Positions 15,871 to 16,256 of a DNA stretch of 16,256 nt are shown here, in pieces; position 1 is the first letter of the stretch; the number at the start of each line of letters is the position of its first letter. Source of the stretch: a bacterium. GTDB lineage: Bacteria; Zhuqueibacterota; Zhuqueibacteria; Oceanimicrobiales; Oceanimicrobiaceae. A model generated the notes under the pieces. That model searched no databases. It saw only the letters and a list, made by a program, of their open reading frames with translations, and had not been told where the DNA came from. Location: NCBI GenBank assembly GCA_046757025.1, contig JBHHXN010000119.1, positions 1 to 16,256 of the forward strand, given 5' to 3'. The translations under genes were made by a program, and so were the position numbers.

Positions 15871-16006
15871 TAGTGATGGACCGAAAACGCGATTCTTTAT
15901 GTCATTCCAGCAATCTTTTGTACTGGACTCACCTCATTTCAGGCAGGAGATCCCTCCCAAAAACTTGCAGGAATAACAAGAAAAGGCTGTTTTCGGTCAA
16001 TCACTA
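15871..16006. repeat. 136-bp palindromic MITE/REP-like element with nested inverted repeats
   Basis: Terminal IRs TAGTGATGGACCGAAAAC (15871-15888) and GTTTTCGGTCAATCACTA (15989-16006), 17/18; inner IRs TGTCATTCCAGCAA (15900-15913) and TTGCAGGAATAACA (15965-15978), 12/14. Confidence 0.7.
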
Positions 16007-16051
16007 AATTCCTAATTTCAATTAGCAAATTTCAGCGTATTATGCAAGCAC

Positions 16052-16100
16052 TTTCTTAATTTCAGGAAATTAGTAAGAGGATATTCTTACATTTGCAAAA
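16052..16100. promoter_or_regulatory. Tandem degenerate palindromes resembling those at 11601-11648
   Basis: TTTCTTA-ATTT-CAGGAAA (16052-16069) and ATTCTTA-CATT-TGCAAAA (16083-16100), 31 bp apart. Confidence 0.4.
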
Positions 16101-16256
16101 ATAAAATGGCAATGTTAACTCCAGAAAATCAGCGATTCAACGATTAGAATTGACGCCATGAAAGCGAGAGCCGGTCTTTGGAATTTTGACAGCATCAAAG
16201 AGTCGTTACAGTATGATTTAAACGATTGGTTTTTTTCAACCTTCATTACTCAAACT

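Noticed and set aside
1..16256. CRISPR array, tRNA/rRNA (including selC), transposase or integrase
   Set aside because: No regularly spaced repeats, cloverleaf-like sequence or mobility-gene motifs were seen.

Overview
Bacterial genomic window in which every credible gene lies on the minus strand. In transcription order (right to left): (1) an iron/metal uptake operon (cytidylate-kinase-like, CBS, feoB, small Cys-rich protein, DtxR-FeoA fusion) behind a sigma54-like promoter whose putative enhancer is displaced by a 136-bp palindromic element; (2) a second sigma54-like promoter, a terminator and a truncated NtrC-type activator; (3) an organometal cluster: Cys-rich MarR regulator, arsenite methyltransferase (arsM-like), then mercury methylation genes hgcA-hgcB, with a shared 24-bp operator-like site before marR, arsM and hgcA; (4) ClC-CBS-TrkA_C channel, universal stress protein, 7TM-PP2C phosphatase and a MerB-like organomercurial-lyase gene; (5) an AgaR-like DeoR regulator and a partial SIS-domain gene. 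The ORF track truncates the MerB-like gene at 125 aa, but reading through in-frame UGAs gives 253 aa. Two UGAs sit at the MerB catalytic Cys positions, each followed by a SECIS-like hairpin, suggesting a double-selenocysteine lyase about 5 kb from hgcAB. A third UGA has no convincing SECIS. All family assignments are from motif recognition by eye, not database searches.
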